Assembly: GCA_903902345.1 (NCBI GenBank)
Contig: CAIUUR010000273.1
Coordinates: 1-54,214, forward strand
Direction of reading: 5' to 3'
Source of the DNA: an uncultured Geobacteraceae bacterium
GTDB taxonomy: Bacteria > Desulfobacterota > Desulfuromonadia > Geobacterales > CAIOGM01
DNA: 54,214 bases
Shown here: piece by piece, positions 8,671 through 19,131 of the stretch
Layout: the number at the start of each line of letters is the position of its first letter
Position numbering within the stretch: position 1 is the first letter of the stretch
Translations under genes and position numbers: made by a program
The notes under the pieces: generated by a model
Seen by the model: the letters and a program-made list of their open reading frames with translations, nothing else
Told to the model about the DNA's origin: nothing
Databases searched by the model: none

Positions 8671-9585
8671 TCAGTCCCTGGGCACCGCCAGCATCCGCTC
8701 CAGCGCCCGGCGGGCGGGGCTCCGGATCTCTTCGGGGACCTTGACGGTGGGGGACATACTCTGCAGGGCATGGACAATGTCTTCCAGGGAGGTCAGTTTC
8801 ATGTTGGGGCAGAAGAGGGCCGGGGAGGCGAGGATGAACTCTTTTTCCGGGTTCTCCTGGCGGAGACGGTACAATATTCCTGCCTCGGTGCCGATGATGA
8901 ACTGCCGGGCGGAGCTTTGGCGGCACCAGTCGTACATGCCGGTGGTGGAGCAGACATGGTCGGCCAGTTCCACGATCCCGGGGGCGCACTCGGGGTGACA
9001 GACGAAGAGGGCATCGGGGTGTTCTCCTTTGAGCCGGAGTATCCCCTCCGTCGTCATCCGCTCGTGGGTGGGGCAGAACCCCTCCCAGAAGTGGAAGGTC
9101 TTGGAGGAGAAGCGGGCCACGTACCGTCCCAGGTTCCGGTCGGGAACGAAGATGATCTCGTCGTCGGGGAGAGATTCCACCACCCGGAGAGCATTGGCCG
9201 AGGTGCAGCAGATGTCGCTCTCCGCCTTGACGGCAGCGGAGGAGTTGACGTAGGTAACCACCGGAACCCCCGGATGGCGGCCCTTCAGCTCCCGTAGTCC
9301 CTCCACGGACACCATGTCCGCCATGGGACAACCGGCGTCCAGGCGGGGGAGGAGCACGACCTTCTCCGGGGCGAGGATGGAGGCGGATTCGGCCATGAAA
9401 TGGACCCCGCAGAAGACGATCACCTCCGCGGCGGTGGCGGCGGCCTCCTGGGAGAGGGCCAGGGAATCGCCGGTGATGTCGGCTATCTCCTGAATCTCGT
9501 CCCGCATATAGTTGTGGGCCAGCAGCACCGCGTTGCGCGAGCGGAGCAGTTCCCGAACTTCCCGTTTGAGCTCTTCCTGGTACAT
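8671..9585 (-). CDS. nadA: Quinolinate synthase
   Basis: [51 protein letters not shown]. Confidence 0.95.
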   Translation of the reverse strand: MYQEELKREVRELLRSRNAVLLAHNYMRDEIQEIADITGDSLALSQEAAATAAEVIVFCGVHFMAESASILAPEKVVLLPRLDAGCPMADMVSVEGLRELKGRHPGVPVVTYVNSSAAVKAESDICCTSANALRVVESLPDDEIIFVPDRNLGRYVARFSSKTFHFWEGFCPTHERMTTEGILRLKGEHPDALFVCHPECAPGIVELADHVCSTTGMYDWCRQSSARQFIIGTEAGILYRLRQENPEKEFILASPALFCPNMKLTSLEDIVHALQSMSPTVKVPEEIRSPARRALERMLAVPRD

Positions 9586-9632
9586 GGCCTGTCCTTGACT
9601 GGAATGTGGTCTTTGTTCATGCGTGGCGGACA

Positions 9633-9661
9633 ATAGTAACCATAATTACCCGCCGTGTCAA
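9633..9661 (-). promoter_or_regulatory. Sigma-70 promoter of nadA
   Basis: TTGACA-N17-TACTAT on the minus strand. Confidence 0.7.
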
Positions 9662-9692
9662 ATCCCTTCAAGAGGAGCCCGGTTTTTTTCCC

Positions 9693-9721
9693 TTGACTTT
9701 CGTGCTATTTTATCCTACTTT
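9693..9721 (+). promoter_or_regulatory. Sigma-70 promoter of rplM-rpsI
   Basis: TTGACT-N17-TACTTT. Confidence 0.55.
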
Positions 9722-9772
9722 TATCACTTTCGGAAACCGCTATCCGTTCATCAATCTGGTTGTGAGGGTGTA

Positions 9773-10201
9773 ATGAAAACGCAAGTTGCCAAAAAGAATG
9801 AAGTTTCCCGTGACTGGTACGTGGTGGATGTCGAGAACAAGGTTCTCGGCCGGGTAGCCACCCAGATCGCCAACGTCCTGCGCGGCAAAAACAAACCGGT
9901 CTTTACCCCCAGCGTGGATACCGGAGATTTTGTGATCGTGCTCAACGCTGAGAAAATTGCCCTCACCGGCAAAAAACTCACCGACAAGATGTACTACCGG
10001 CATTCCGAATTTCCCGGGGGACTCAAGTCCATCACCGCCGGCAAACTCATCGAAAAGGATGTGGAGCAGGTAATCCGGAAGGCCGTCAAGGGGATGCTTC
10101 CCAAAAACAAGCTTGCCCGCCATATGATCAGCAAGCTCAAGGTGTATGCGGGGCCGACGCATCCCCATCAGGCCCAGCAGCCGAAACAGCTCGACGTCTA
10201 G
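9773..10201 (+). CDS. rplM: 50S ribosomal protein L13
   Basis: [38 protein letters not shown]. Confidence 0.97.
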   Translation: MKTQVAKKNEVSRDWYVVDVENKVLGRVATQIANVLRGKNKPVFTPSVDTGDFVIVLNAEKIALTGKKLTDKMYYRHSEFPGGLKSITAGKLIEKDVEQVIRKAVKGMLPKNKLARHMISKLKVYAGPTHPHQAQQPKQLDV

Positions 10202-10229
10202 TACGCACATTACGTTCAGGAGATAGAAT

Positions 10230-10622
10230 ATGGCAGCAGTTCAGTATTACGGAACCGGCAAACGAAAATCCTCCATCGCCCGCGTCTGGATAACTCCCGG
10301 CACCGGTACAATCACCGTCAACAAGAAGAGCCTGGACGAGTATTTCGGCCGGGAAACCTCCAAGATGGTTGTCAAACAGCCGTTGGAACTCACCGAGAAT
10401 CTCGACAAGTTCGACGTCATGGTAACCGTTGCGGGTGGGGGCGACATGGGGCAGGCCGGCGCCATCAAGCATGGCATCACCAAGGCGCTTCTGGATTGCG
10501 AAGAGTCCCTGCGGGGGACCCTCAAGAAGGCCGGGTTCATCACCCGCGATTCCCGCGTGAAGGAACGTAAGAAATACGGCAAGGCTGCCGCCCGGAGAAG
10601 CTTCCAGTTCTCCAAACGTTAG
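10230..10622 (+). CDS. rpsI: 30S ribosomal protein S9
   Basis: [35 protein letters not shown]. Confidence 0.97.
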   Translation: MAAVQYYGTGKRKSSIARVWITPGTGTITVNKKSLDEYFGRETSKMVVKQPLELTENLDKFDVMVTVAGGGDMGQAGAIKHGITKALLDCEESLRGTLKKAGFITRDSRVKERKKYGKAAARRSFQFSKR

Positions 10623-10643
10623 GCTTCACGTCAGGGAATCGAA

Positions 10644-10682
10644 GAAAGGGGAAAATCCGAAAAGGGTTTTCCCTTTTTTTTG
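10644..10682 (+). terminator. Intrinsic terminator after rpsI
   Basis: gaaaggggaaaatcc-gaaaa-gggttttccc followed by a T run. Confidence 0.8.
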
Positions 10683-10714
10683 TTCGTTATCTACAGTACA
10701 ATCCGGGAAGAAAC

Positions 10715-10770
10715 AGGTTGAGGCTGAGGTTAAGGTTGAGAAACCTGACCTGAACCTTAACCTTAACCTG
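10715..10770. repeat. Inverted hexanucleotide array (AGGTTR)n/(AACCTK)n
   Basis: aggttgaggctgaggttaaggttgag aaa cctgacctgaaccttaaccttaacctg directly before the argC SD. Confidence 0.75.
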
Positions 10771-10787
10771 ATTTACAGGAGTGCGTC

Positions 10788-11828
10788 ATGCTGCAAGTTG
10801 CCGTAGTCGGTGCCAGCGGGTACACCGGGGTGGAGCTTCTCCGCCTCCTTCATTCCCACCCCCGGGTGGAGGTTACCTGCGTCACCTCGGAACAGAGCGC
10901 CGGAAAGTCGGTGGCGGAGGTTTTCCCCACCCTTCGCAATCGCTATCTACAGATCCTGGAAAACCTGGAGCCGGTGAGGATCGCCGACCGGGCGGAGTTC
11001 ATCTTTACGGCGCTCCCCCACAAAGCGGCCATGGAGGTGGTTCCCAGCTTCATCCGGTTGGGGAAGCGGGTAGTGGACCTCTCCGCCGACTACCGGTTCC
11101 AGGATACTGCACAGTATGAGGCCTGGTACGAACCTCACCTGAACCCGGAGCTGTTGAGCCGGGCGGTCTACGGTCTGCCGGAGATCCGTCGGGAAAAAAT
11201 CATCGGGGCGGATCTTGTCGGGAACCCCGGTTGTTATCCTACCTGTTCGATTCTGGGGGTGGCGCCGCTCCTGAAGCAGGGGATCATCCATCCGGAACGG
11301 ATCATCATCGACGCCAAGTCGGGGGTCAGCGGAGCAGGACGGGGGGCCAAGATTGACAACCTGTACTGCGAGGTGAATGACGGTTTCAAGGCCTATGCCG
11401 TGGGAGGGGTCCACCGGCACCTTCCGGAGATTGAACAGGAACTGTCGCTCCTGGCGGGTCGATCGATCACGATCTCCTTCACGCCGCACCTGGTACCCAT
11501 GGACCGGGGAATCCTCTCCACTGTCTATGCCGATCTCAAGGGGAGCGTCTCCACGACGGAACTGCTGGCGCTGTACCGGGAGTTCTACGAGGGTGAGGAG
11601 TTCGTCCGGGTTCTTCCGGAGGGGGCGTTTCCCTCCACGGCCCACGTCAAGGGTTCCAACTGCTGTGATATCGGCCTCACCGTGGATCGCCGCACCGGTC
11701 GGGTGATTATCGTTTCCGCCATCGACAACCTGATGAAGGGGGCGGCGGGGCAGGCGGTGCAGAACATGAACATCATGAACGGGTTCCCCGAAAACATGGG
11801 GCTGGAAGGCCTGGCGCTCTTTCCGTAG
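10788..11828 (+). CDS. argC: N-acetyl-gamma-glutamyl-phosphate reductase
   Basis: [45 protein letters not shown]. Confidence 0.96.
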   Translation: MLQVAVVGASGYTGVELLRLLHSHPRVEVTCVTSEQSAGKSVAEVFPTLRNRYLQILENLEPVRIADRAEFIFTALPHKAAMEVVPSFIRLGKRVVDLSADYRFQDTAQYEAWYEPHLNPELLSRAVYGLPEIRREKIIGADLVGNPGCYPTCSILGVAPLLKQGIIHPERIIIDAKSGVSGAGRGAKIDNLYCEVNDGFKAYAVGGVHRHLPEIEQELSLLAGRSITISFTPHLVPMDRGILSTVYADLKGSVSTTELLALYREFYEGEEFVRVLPEGAFPSTAHVKGSNCCDIGLTVDRRTGRVIIVSAIDNLMKGAAGQAVQNMNIMNGFPENMGLEGLALFP

Positions 11829-11860
11829 CATCAACAAGACAGTCATAGGAGCGAACCGAG

Positions 11861-13153
11861 ATGGTGCACCTACCCTGCCGTAGCGTGATGATTCTTTTGT
11901 CAGCGGCGATTTTTCTCCTTCTCCGGGTGGCTTCTCCGGTGGATGCGTCCACCCCCTCAACGGCGACGGCTACCGGGGAGGAAAAGCTCGGTGCGGGGAA
12001 AATTGACGGCTTCCACCGGACGATGGCGGCTTTTCATTCCTTTGAACAAAAGGGGGTGGAACTTGCTTCGCAGCTGGCCAAACTCCATGGAGTGGCGGTC
12101 AGGGAGCACCCCGACGATCCCGCCAAACAGCGGGCTCAGTTTCTCCGGAAGCTGACCGAACTGTACCCCGGCTCAACCTATGACGGTAAAACGGGTACGG
12201 TAGCCTTTCAAAAGAGTTTCGTGGCCACGTTCAACGGCGAATTGAAGGTGAAGAGCGTCAGTGAGCAGGGGACGATCACGGTCACCTATGACTTTGAACG
12301 GGGGACTATTCAGCTCGTTGGCCGGTCGAGTTCGGTAACGGTTGTCATGGACAGAGCCGATCCGGAACGTTCCCGCTTCACCAAAGGAGTTATTCCCGCC
12401 ATAGCCGAAGATGCCGAAAGAGCTCTCGCCACTCCCGGTTACAAGCGGACTTCACCCCAGTCGGTGGAAACGTCGGTTCTGAACGATGTGTACCAGTTGC
12501 TGAATCTGACCAATGCTCTCCGGATGGATGATTTTGCTTCGGACATCATCCAGTATCCCGCTCTGCAGTTGAAGGCGCTGAAGATTGCGGGGAAGGGGTA
12601 CTACAATCGTCATCCGGATGAATTTCAGAGGGGGGAAGCCACCATCGTGCAGAGGGTAAAACTCCCCTCTCCGGGGAGTGCGTCTCCCCTGGATATGGCC
12701 AGGACTCTCCTCCTTGTTGTCGTTTGCAGCGTGGTCGCTTATGTTGCCGCCGTGGGGACCAATCGAATGGTGAAGGCCCTGTTCAGGGGTAAATCCGACA
12801 AGATACGGATGGAGAAATTCGGGACACTGTCGCCCATGGTGACAAGTCTCCTGGTCCGGCAGGGGACGTCGTTATGGGGCAAAAACAGGTTATGGTCGAA
12901 GAAATTTCATATCATCAAACGGAGTGACCGGTGGCTTCTTTGCGAGGGGAAACCTGACGCCAGGGAGTCAAAAGCCATGGCACGTAACCGGCTGGAGGTT
13001 TGCATGAGGAGTGCGGGGTTCAAGGTGAAGATTACCTGGCTCAACGGTGTTCCGGTCAACAGGGCTGTCACCTGTAAAAATTTTTCCTTATCCGAGCTTG
13101 CGGAAAAAGTAGGTGAGATCTGTTCCGTTTTTGACGAGGAAAGGTCAGGTTAG
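11861..13153 (+). CDS. Hypothetical bitopic membrane protein
   Basis: Signal peptide, ~250 aa exported domain, TM helix (LLLVVVCSVVAYVAAV), basic C-terminal domain; no recognised motif. Confidence 0.6.
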   Translation: MVHLPCRSVMILLSAAIFLLLRVASPVDASTPSTATATGEEKLGAGKIDGFHRTMAAFHSFEQKGVELASQLAKLHGVAVREHPDDPAKQRAQFLRKLTELYPGSTYDGKTGTVAFQKSFVATFNGELKVKSVSEQGTITVTYDFERGTIQLVGRSSSVTVVMDRADPERSRFTKGVIPAIAEDAERALATPGYKRTSPQSVETSVLNDVYQLLNLTNALRMDDFASDIIQYPALQLKALKIAGKGYYNRHPDEFQRGEATIVQRVKLPSPGSASPLDMARTLLLVVVCSVVAYVAAVGTNRMVKALFRGKSDKIRMEKFGTLSPMVTSLLVRQGTSLWGKNRLWSKKFHIIKRSDRWLLCEGKPDARESKAMARNRLEVCMRSAGFKVKITWLNGVPVNRAVTCKNFSLSELAEKVGEICSVFDEERSG

Positions 13154-14283
13154 GAGTTCAGTTCCGTCATGATCCGCTCTGCCAACAGGACGAGGGCCCT
13201 GGCTACGGGGGAGCGGGGGTATCCGATAACTATGGGGGAACCCCGGTAGATGGATTCCTTGACTTCCGGATAGGAATTGGGAATAGTCTGAAGGAGTGGT
13301 GCCCCCAAAAACTCCTCGGCTTGGGCGATTGGCATCTCCTCCTCGGGAAGATGCCGGTTGACCACTACCTTGACCTTGTCGGGACCGAACCCTTGGCGAT
13401 GCAGTCCCCTCAGGTAGCGCCTAGCGTTGCGGAGGACGGGCAGGGTCAGGAGGAGCGGGTAAATAATGACGTCGGAGCCGTCGAAGGTCTCCAGGTTGCG
13501 TTCCGACAGCGCACCGCCGGCATCGATGACCGTTACGCCGAACCGGCTTCTCATCGTAGTGAGAAGGTCACGCATCTGTTCCTGGGTTATCTCCACAATG
13601 GCCCCGGTCTCTTCCGGTCCGCAGAGGACTTGCACCCCTGAAGCGTGTCGGGTCATGGCATCCATGAGACGGCCTGCATTCATCCGTCTTTCCGTACTCC
13701 GGAGGGTGCTCAGGGTGTATGCCGGGTTGAGATCCAGAAATGCGGAGACGTCGCTGCTGAAAGGATTGAGGTCGACCAGTGCGGCAATTTCCCCTCCGAC
13801 GGCCAGAGCCGCCGCCAGGTTCACGGCAATGGTAGTGGCGCCGATCCCCCCCGAGGGGTTGTAGACGGTAATTACCTTTCCCCACCCCCCTCCACCCTGT
13901 CTCTGTACGAACATCAGGGCCGCTCGTTCCAGCAGTTCTTCAACTCCGTCGGTGGTGATGGGGGTCGTCACGTATTCGTCCACTCCTGCCCTGATCAGGG
14001 TCGGTACCCACTCGGGATGCTTCTCTTCTGCCGTAGCCACAATCATTGCCTGGGGGTTGACGGCGAGAATGGCGGAAACATCCCTGATCCCCTGTGCGAT
14101 TGACTGTACCACCAGGATAACCACTTGAGGAGGGGAGTCCGACCCCAGGCGGTTCAATCCTTCCCGTCGGGTTATGGTGGTGGCGCTTAACTCCAGGGGG
14201 CGGCGGCATCCGGCAAGGAGATTTTCCAGCGTCGACGGGGAGTCACTGTCACTGATGATGATGAGAGAATGAAGGGATGACAT
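13150..14283 (-). CDS. CpaE/TadZ-like protein (atypical receiver domain plus MinD/ParA-type ATPase)
   Basis: IRAGVDEYV receiver end, deviant Walker A NPSGGIGATT, VNLAAAL, LVDLN, VVVNR, TIPNSY. Confidence 0.8.
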   Translation of the reverse strand: MSSLHSLIIISDSDSPSTLENLLAGCRRPLELSATTITRREGLNRLGSDSPPQVVILVVQSIAQGIRDVSAILAVNPQAMIVATAEEKHPEWVPTLIRAGVDEYVTTPITTDGVEELLERAALMFVQRQGGGGWGKVITVYNPSGGIGATTIAVNLAAALAVGGEIAALVDLNPFSSDVSAFLDLNPAYTLSTLRSTERRMNAGRLMDAMTRHASGVQVLCGPEETGAIVEITQEQMRDLLTTMRSRFGVTVIDAGGALSERNLETFDGSDVIIYPLLLTLPVLRNARRYLRGLHRQGFGPDKVKVVVNRHLPEEEMPIAQAEEFLGAPLLQTIPNSYPEVKESIYRGSPIVIGYPRSPVARALVLLAERIMTELNS

Positions 14284-14300
14284 CCTTTTCGTTTACCTCC

Positions 14301-16241
14301 TCACGGCCGTCGGAGCCGTCGGAGATCTCCGACCCTGATGGTGACCTTGATGCTGTCAAAATATTCCAGGAGCGGGATCATGAACTTGCGGGAGAGGCCG
14401 GTCAGGTTGCGAAATCCGGCTGGGGTGATCTCACCCTCCTCTCTGATGAAAAGGGAGAGCTGGTTGCGGAGTATGGTCAGCGGTTCCGGGGCATAGTGCA
14501 GGTCGCTGGCGACCCGGATGGCGCGCCCCTCCCTGGCGAGGAGGGCTAGTTGTTCCCGCAGGAGCTTTTCCGGGGTATTCAGTCGTCTGCTCAACTCCTG
14601 CAACGTGGGGGGCTCCATTCCCCCCAGGCGCAGTTCAGCGTCCAGCGCGGCACATCCGTCGTCCCTGCCCGGCGGGGGATCTGGGGCGAACGACGCCGGT
14701 TTCACCAACTCTCGCTGGAGGATGAGCCTCCCTTCCTTTGCCAACGCCGCCAGGAGCGCTCCGAAAAACCGGGGATTGCTCCGCTGGGGGAGTGATCCCT
14801 TCAGCTCCTCTTTTCCCATGCCATCCCGGAGGGGGTTCTCTTTCAGGAAGGAAGTCAGGGCCAGCATCAACCCCTCCTCCAGGGTGGTGAAGGCCTCGCG
14901 GCTGAGAAACATCCGGGGCTCTTTCAGCGCCTGTACCAGCTCTCCCCGTGGGAGAGCTCTTCCCAGAGCTGACTCCAGCTCCGTGGCGTTGCAGCCGCTC
15001 CGCCAACCAATCTCCGTTTGCAAGATTCCGCTTAACTGACTACCTCGTACCAGGCAAAGAATCTTGGTCTGAGAGTCACCACCATCCAGAGCCGTCAGGA
15101 GTTCCAGCGCCTCGCTGCTCCTGCGGCGCCTCCTGGGTGGGGCTGGGTCCAACACCCGTCCCCCTCCGATGGTTGTGGCGGGGGAGTGGCAACGAAGGAC
15201 GAAGGGTTCACCGGGGAGGAGGAGGAGGGGAGCTGGCAACCGAAGCTGTACCAGGGCAGAATCCCCCGGGAGGAGGAACTCCCGGTCTGGCAGGATCACC
15301 TGTGCCGAGCTCTCGGACGTGCCGCTGTGAAGACGAACCGTGCTTCGATGCTTGAGATTCCGGGCTGTAGGGAGGAGCTCCAGGCGGATATCCACGGTGC
15401 GGGTGGTGCGGAAAGTTGCGGGGGGGGCCAGACTCTCCCCGCAACGGATCTCGTGGTGATCTATCCCCTGGAGGTTCACCGCCATCCGCTGGCCGGCGCT
15501 CCCCTCCTCGGCGTGTTGGCCATGGAGCTGGATGCCGCGAACCCTGCACGTTTTTCCTGAGGGGAGGAGCTCCACCGGATCTCCCACTCTGATCAGACCT
15601 GACCGCAAGGTGCCGGTGACTACGGTGCCGAACCCCGGCACCGTAAAGAGTCGGTCCACGGGGAGTCGAAACGGTCCCCCCTGCTTCCGCCGGGGGAGTT
15701 CAGAGGCAAGGCGCCCCAGTTCTTCCCGCAGGATGGAGAGCCCTTCTCCGGTGCGGCTGGAGAGGGGGATGATGGGGGCCCCTTCCAGAAAACTTCCGGC
15801 AAGGTACTCCCGGAGTTCCCTGGTGACAAGTTCCAGCCACTCTCCATCCACCAGATCCACCTTGGTCAGGATCACGATCCCACGCTTGATCCCCAGGAGG
15901 GTGCAGATATCCAGGTGTTCGCGGGTCTGGGGCATGATCCCCTCGTCGGCGGCGACGACGAGAAGGAGCAGGTCGATTCCTCCGGCTCCCGCCACCATGG
16001 TCCGGACGAACCGTTCGTGTCCCGGCACGTCCACTATCCCCAGCCTGACGCCGTCGGGGAGCTCCAGGTGGGCAAAGCCCAGCTCGATGGTAATTCCCCG
16101 GGCCTTCTCCTCCTTGAGCCGGTCGGTATCGATACCGGTGAGGGCCTTCACGAGGCTGGTTTTGCCATGGTCGATGTGTCCGGCCGTGCCCACTATAAAA
16201 TAATTATTACTAACGAATTGCGAATTACGAATGACCATCAC
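14301..16241 (-). CDS. selB: Selenocysteine-specific translation elongation factor
   Basis: [33 protein letters not shown]-terminal winged helix [14 protein letters not shown]; start 16241 (GTG) or 16238 (ATG). Confidence 0.95.
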   Translation of the reverse strand: MMVIRNSQFVSNNYFIVGTAGHIDHGKTSLVKALTGIDTDRLKEEKARGITIELGFAHLELPDGVRLGIVDVPGHERFVRTMVAGAGGIDLLLLVVAADEGIMPQTREHLDICTLLGIKRGIVILTKVDLVDGEWLELVTRELREYLAGSFLEGAPIIPLSSRTGEGLSILREELGRLASELPRRKQGGPFRLPVDRLFTVPGFGTVVTGTLRSGLIRVGDPVELLPSGKTCRVRGIQLHGQHAEEGSAGQRMAVNLQGIDHHEIRCGESLAPPATFRTTRTVDIRLELLPTARNLKHRSTVRLHSGTSESSAQVILPDREFLLPGDSALVQLRLPAPLLLLPGEPFVLRCHSPATTIGGGRVLDPAPPRRRRRSSEALELLTALDGGDSQTKILCLVRGSQLSGILQTEIGWRSGCNATELESALGRALPRGELVQALKEPRMFLSREAFTTLEEGLMLALTSFLKENPLRDGMGKEELKGSLPQRSNPRFFGALLAALAKEGRLILQRELVKPASFAPDPPPGRDDGCAALDAELRLGGMEPPTLQELSRRLNTPEKLLREQLALLAREGRAIRVASDLHYAPEPLTILRNQLSLFIREEGEITPAGFRNLTGLSRKFMIPLLEYFDSIKVTIRVGDLRRLRRP

Positions 16242-16253
16242 TGTTGCCTTTCG

Positions 16254-16408
16254 ACCTAAAAACGGCTTTCGATCACGCGGAGATCGCGGAGAAATTCAGG
16301 ATGTTACAACATGTGGCGCCTGCACCGGTCAGGTGAAAGAATATTGCGCAATTGCCTTGTTTTGCTTAGCTTTCTCCGCGTCTCCGCGTGCAGCTGCTTT
16401 TTTTAGGT
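16254..16408. repeat. MITE-like element with imperfect terminal inverted repeats
   Basis: acctaaaaa..cacgcggagatcgcggagaaa pairs with tttctccgcgtctccgcgtg..tttttaggt. Confidence 0.65.
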
Positions 16409-16969
16409 TCAACTTTTCCATTTTTCGTAATGGACGATCTGCTCCAGTGACTTCCGTGGCGGCCCCCCCTTCAGCTCTCCCCGGGGGTACCCCAGCGGGA
16501 AAAGACCGACGATCCGGATGTCCGGTGGTATCTCCAGGAGTTCTCCCAGCTCCTCTTCGTTGAATACTCCCACGAAGACGCTTCCCAGTCCCACCTCATG
16601 GGCCGCCAACATCAGGTTTTGCGTAGCGATTCCCATGTCCGCCAGATAGTACTGCTGCCCTCGCAGAGATCCCGATTCGGTGGGGTCGGCGCAGGCGACG
16701 ATCACCACCGGCGCCTCGGCCAGAGCCTTCTGGGCGGGATTGCTACTGTAGCCGCGGGTGGCGAAATACGTCTCCACGTAGGAGAGGTCGCTGATCCGCG
16801 CCCTTACTGCCGGGTCGGTCACCACCACAAACCGCCAGCACTGCATATTCGCCCATGAGGGGGCCTGTTGGGCTGCCTCCAGCACCGCCTGGAGCTTTTC
16901 CGGTTCCACGGCTCTGTCCGAGAACTTGCGCACACTTCTTCTACTCTTGATTGCGTCCAGGGTATTCAT
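16409..16969 (-). CDS. Nitroreductase family protein
   Basis: [35 protein letters not shown]. Confidence 0.92.
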   Translation of the reverse strand: MNTLDAIKSRRSVRKFSDRAVEPEKLQAVLEAAQQAPSWANMQCWRFVVVTDPAVRARISDLSYVETYFATRGYSSNPAQKALAEAPVVIVACADPTESGSLRGQQYYLADMGIATQNLMLAAHEVGLGSVFVGVFNEEELGELLEIPPDIRIVGLFPLGYPRGELKGGPPRKSLEQIVHYEKWKS

Positions 16970-17229
16970 TGTTGTTGTCTCCTTTTATGAAAATTCGGGT
17001 AGTATCGACCCAGTACCTCGTTGCTTCTGGGCATCGCCGCCATGGCTGCCCGTTCTCCCTCCAGTATCGCCTCGTTCCGCTGGGAAAAATCCGCTGACCC
17101 CACAAAATTCACCTTGGGCTTGATCACCACGTCCGCCCTGGCGATGGTGAGTTGGGAGATCTTGTTATACATGATTCTGTCCAGGGAGAGGGCCGGCGTC
17201 GTTATCCGGATGAGACTGTAGAAGGTCAT
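16966..17229 (-). pseudogene. C-terminal remnant of a patatin-like phospholipase (RssA type)
   Basis: IMYNKISQL..ADVVIKPKV..VGSADF.QRNEAILEGERAA resembles the patatin C-terminus; no GxSxG or DGG catalytic part. Confidence 0.6.
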
Positions 17230-17272
17230 ACCGTTTACTCCCTTGACTACTTACTTGAACTACCCGCTGCTG

Positions 17273-19102
17273 CTATTCCCTGAACTGCAACTGGTGAAGC
17301 CGGTAGTAGAGCCCCTGGGCAGCCATCAGCTCCTCATGGTTTCCCTCTTCCCTGCTCTCACCATGGTGAATGACCATAATCCGGTCGGCATCGCGGACCG
17401 TGGAGAGACGATGGGCCACCACCAGGGAGGTCCGTCCGGCCAGGAGCCCCCGGAGCCCCTCCTGGATGAGTCGCTCGCTGGCCGAGTCCACGCTGGAGGT
17501 CGCCTCGTCCAGGATGAGGATCTCCGGATCGAAGGCCACGGCTCGGGCGAAGGAGATGAGTTGCCGCTCCCCGGCGGAGAAGTTGTTCCCCCGTTCCCGG
17601 ACCTCTTCGTCGAACCCTCCGGGGAGACGGTTGATGAACCGGTCCGCTCCCACGGTTCTGGCGGCTTCCTCCATCCTGGCAATGGCTCGCGGGTCTCCCA
17701 GAGTTATGTTGGAGGCGATCGTCCCGGTGAAGAGAAACGGCTCCTGGAGGACGACACCGATGCGGGAGCGGAGCTGGCGTAACGGGATCTCCCGGATCGG
17801 GACACCGTCTATGGCGATGCTGCCACGCCGGATGTCGTACAGTCGGGGGAGGAGCCGGGTCACCGTGGTCTTGCCGCCGCCAGTCTCGCCGACGATGGCG
17901 AGTTTTTCTCCGCGGTGCAGGGTCAGCGACACCCCCTTCAGGACGTACTCGTCGTCCCGGTAGGCAAACCAGACATCCCGGAACTCCACGAAAGGCCCTT
18001 CGACTCCGCTCAGGGACCGCCCTTCGACCGTGTTCATCCCCTGGTTGGCGATATGAGCCACAGGCCGGTTGGTGAGCGGAGTCGAACCATCCGGCAGATA
18101 CTCCTCGGAATCCAGGAGGGTGAAGATTCGCTCCAGGGCGGCCATGGCCCCCTGCATGGTGGAATATTTGGAGGAGAGGTCGCGGATGGGACCGAAGAAC
18201 TTTTCGCTGTACTGGATGAAGGCCACGAGGGCGCCGAAGGAGAGGTGGCCCCGGACGATTTCTCCCCCCCCGTACCAGATGATGAGCCCCACTGCCACCG
18301 AGGAGAGAGTCTCTACCAGGGCGTACAGTGAAGCGTCCCAGGTGATGACCGGACGGTTGGCGTCCCGGTAAGCGGCATTCAGTGCGGTGAAGCGTTTCCG
18401 TTCACCTTCCTGTCGGTTGAAAAGCTGGATGATGGCCATCCCACCGATACTCTCGGCCAGAAAGGAGTTGAGGAGGGACAGTCGCGAGCGGACCTGGCGA
18501 AAAGCGTCCCGCATGAGCCGGCGGAAGCGGAATACGACGAAGAGGAGGATGGGGAGCACCGAGAAGGTCACCAGGGAGAGCTTCGGGTTCATCCAGAGCA
18601 TGATGCCGACGATCCCGGCCAGGACGAGGAGGTCTCCCACAACCGTGATGATTCCGGCGGCGAACATCTCCCCCAGAACCTCCACGTCGCTGGTGAGGCG
18701 GGTAACCACTCCCCCCGACGGGGTCCGGTCAAAGAAGGATAGTGAGAGCTTCTGGAGGTGGGCGAAGAGCTCCTCCCTGATCCGGTACATCACCTGCTGG
18801 CCGACCTGCTGGAGGAGGTAGAGTTCGGCATAGGTGAAAAGCGATTCTCCCAGGATCAGGGCCAGGAAGAGGAGCGCCAGCATCGGGAGGCCGGTCAGGT
18901 CGCCGGTGACGATGTGGCTGTCGATGGCGATCTTGACGATGTACGGCTGGAGAAGCTTGGCTCCGGCGATGGGGGGAAGCAGAAGGAGGACGTAGACAAT
19001 GGTCCGGAGGTGCGGGCGCAGGTACTCTGCGAACCGGCGCATGAGCCGCCGGTCATAGGCCTTGCCGGCTATGTCGTCTTCGTGGAGTCCGCCGTGATGC
19101 AT
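17273..19102 (-). CDS. ABC exporter, fused permease and ATPase (MdlB-like)
   Basis: Six TM helices, GETGGGKT, FSAGERQL, LILDEATS, VAHRLST. Confidence 0.92.
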   Translation of the reverse strand: MHHGGLHEDDIAGKAYDRRLMRRFAEYLRPHLRTIVYVLLLLPPIAGAKLLQPYIVKIAIDSHIVTGDLTGLPMLALLFLALILGESLFTYAELYLLQQVGQQVMYRIREELFAHLQKLSLSFFDRTPSGGVVTRLTSDVEVLGEMFAAGIITVVGDLLVLAGIVGIMLWMNPKLSLVTFSVLPILLFVVFRFRRLMRDAFRQVRSRLSLLNSFLAESIGGMAIIQLFNRQEGERKRFTALNAAYRDANRPVITWDASLYALVETLSSVAVGLIIWYGGGEIVRGHLSFGALVAFIQYSEKFFGPIRDLSSKYSTMQGAMAALERIFTLLDSEEYLPDGSTPLTNRPVAHIANQGMNTVEGRSLSGVEGPFVEFRDVWFAYRDDEYVLKGVSLTLHRGEKLAIVGETGGGKTTVTRLLPRLYDIRRGSIAIDGVPIREIPLRQLRSRIGVVLQEPFLFTGTIASNITLGDPRAIARMEEAARTVGADRFINRLPGGFDEEVRERGNNFSAGERQLISFARAVAFDPEILILDEATSSVDSASERLIQEGLRGLLAGRTSLVVAHRLSTVRDADRIMVIHHGESREEGNHEELMAAQGLYYRLHQLQFRE

Positions 19103-19131
19103 TCAGTGTCTGGTGGACAGTGGAAACTGTT

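Noticed and set aside
9722-9772. L13 autoregulatory leader RNA
   Set aside because: Plausible by position, but I could not identify a convincing structure from a single sequence.
14301-16969. Selenoprotein (UGA read-through) genes near selB
   Set aside because: The TGA stops I checked fall at natural C-termini or do not read into a conserved frame; no selA, selD or tRNA-Sec was seen. The check was not exhaustive.
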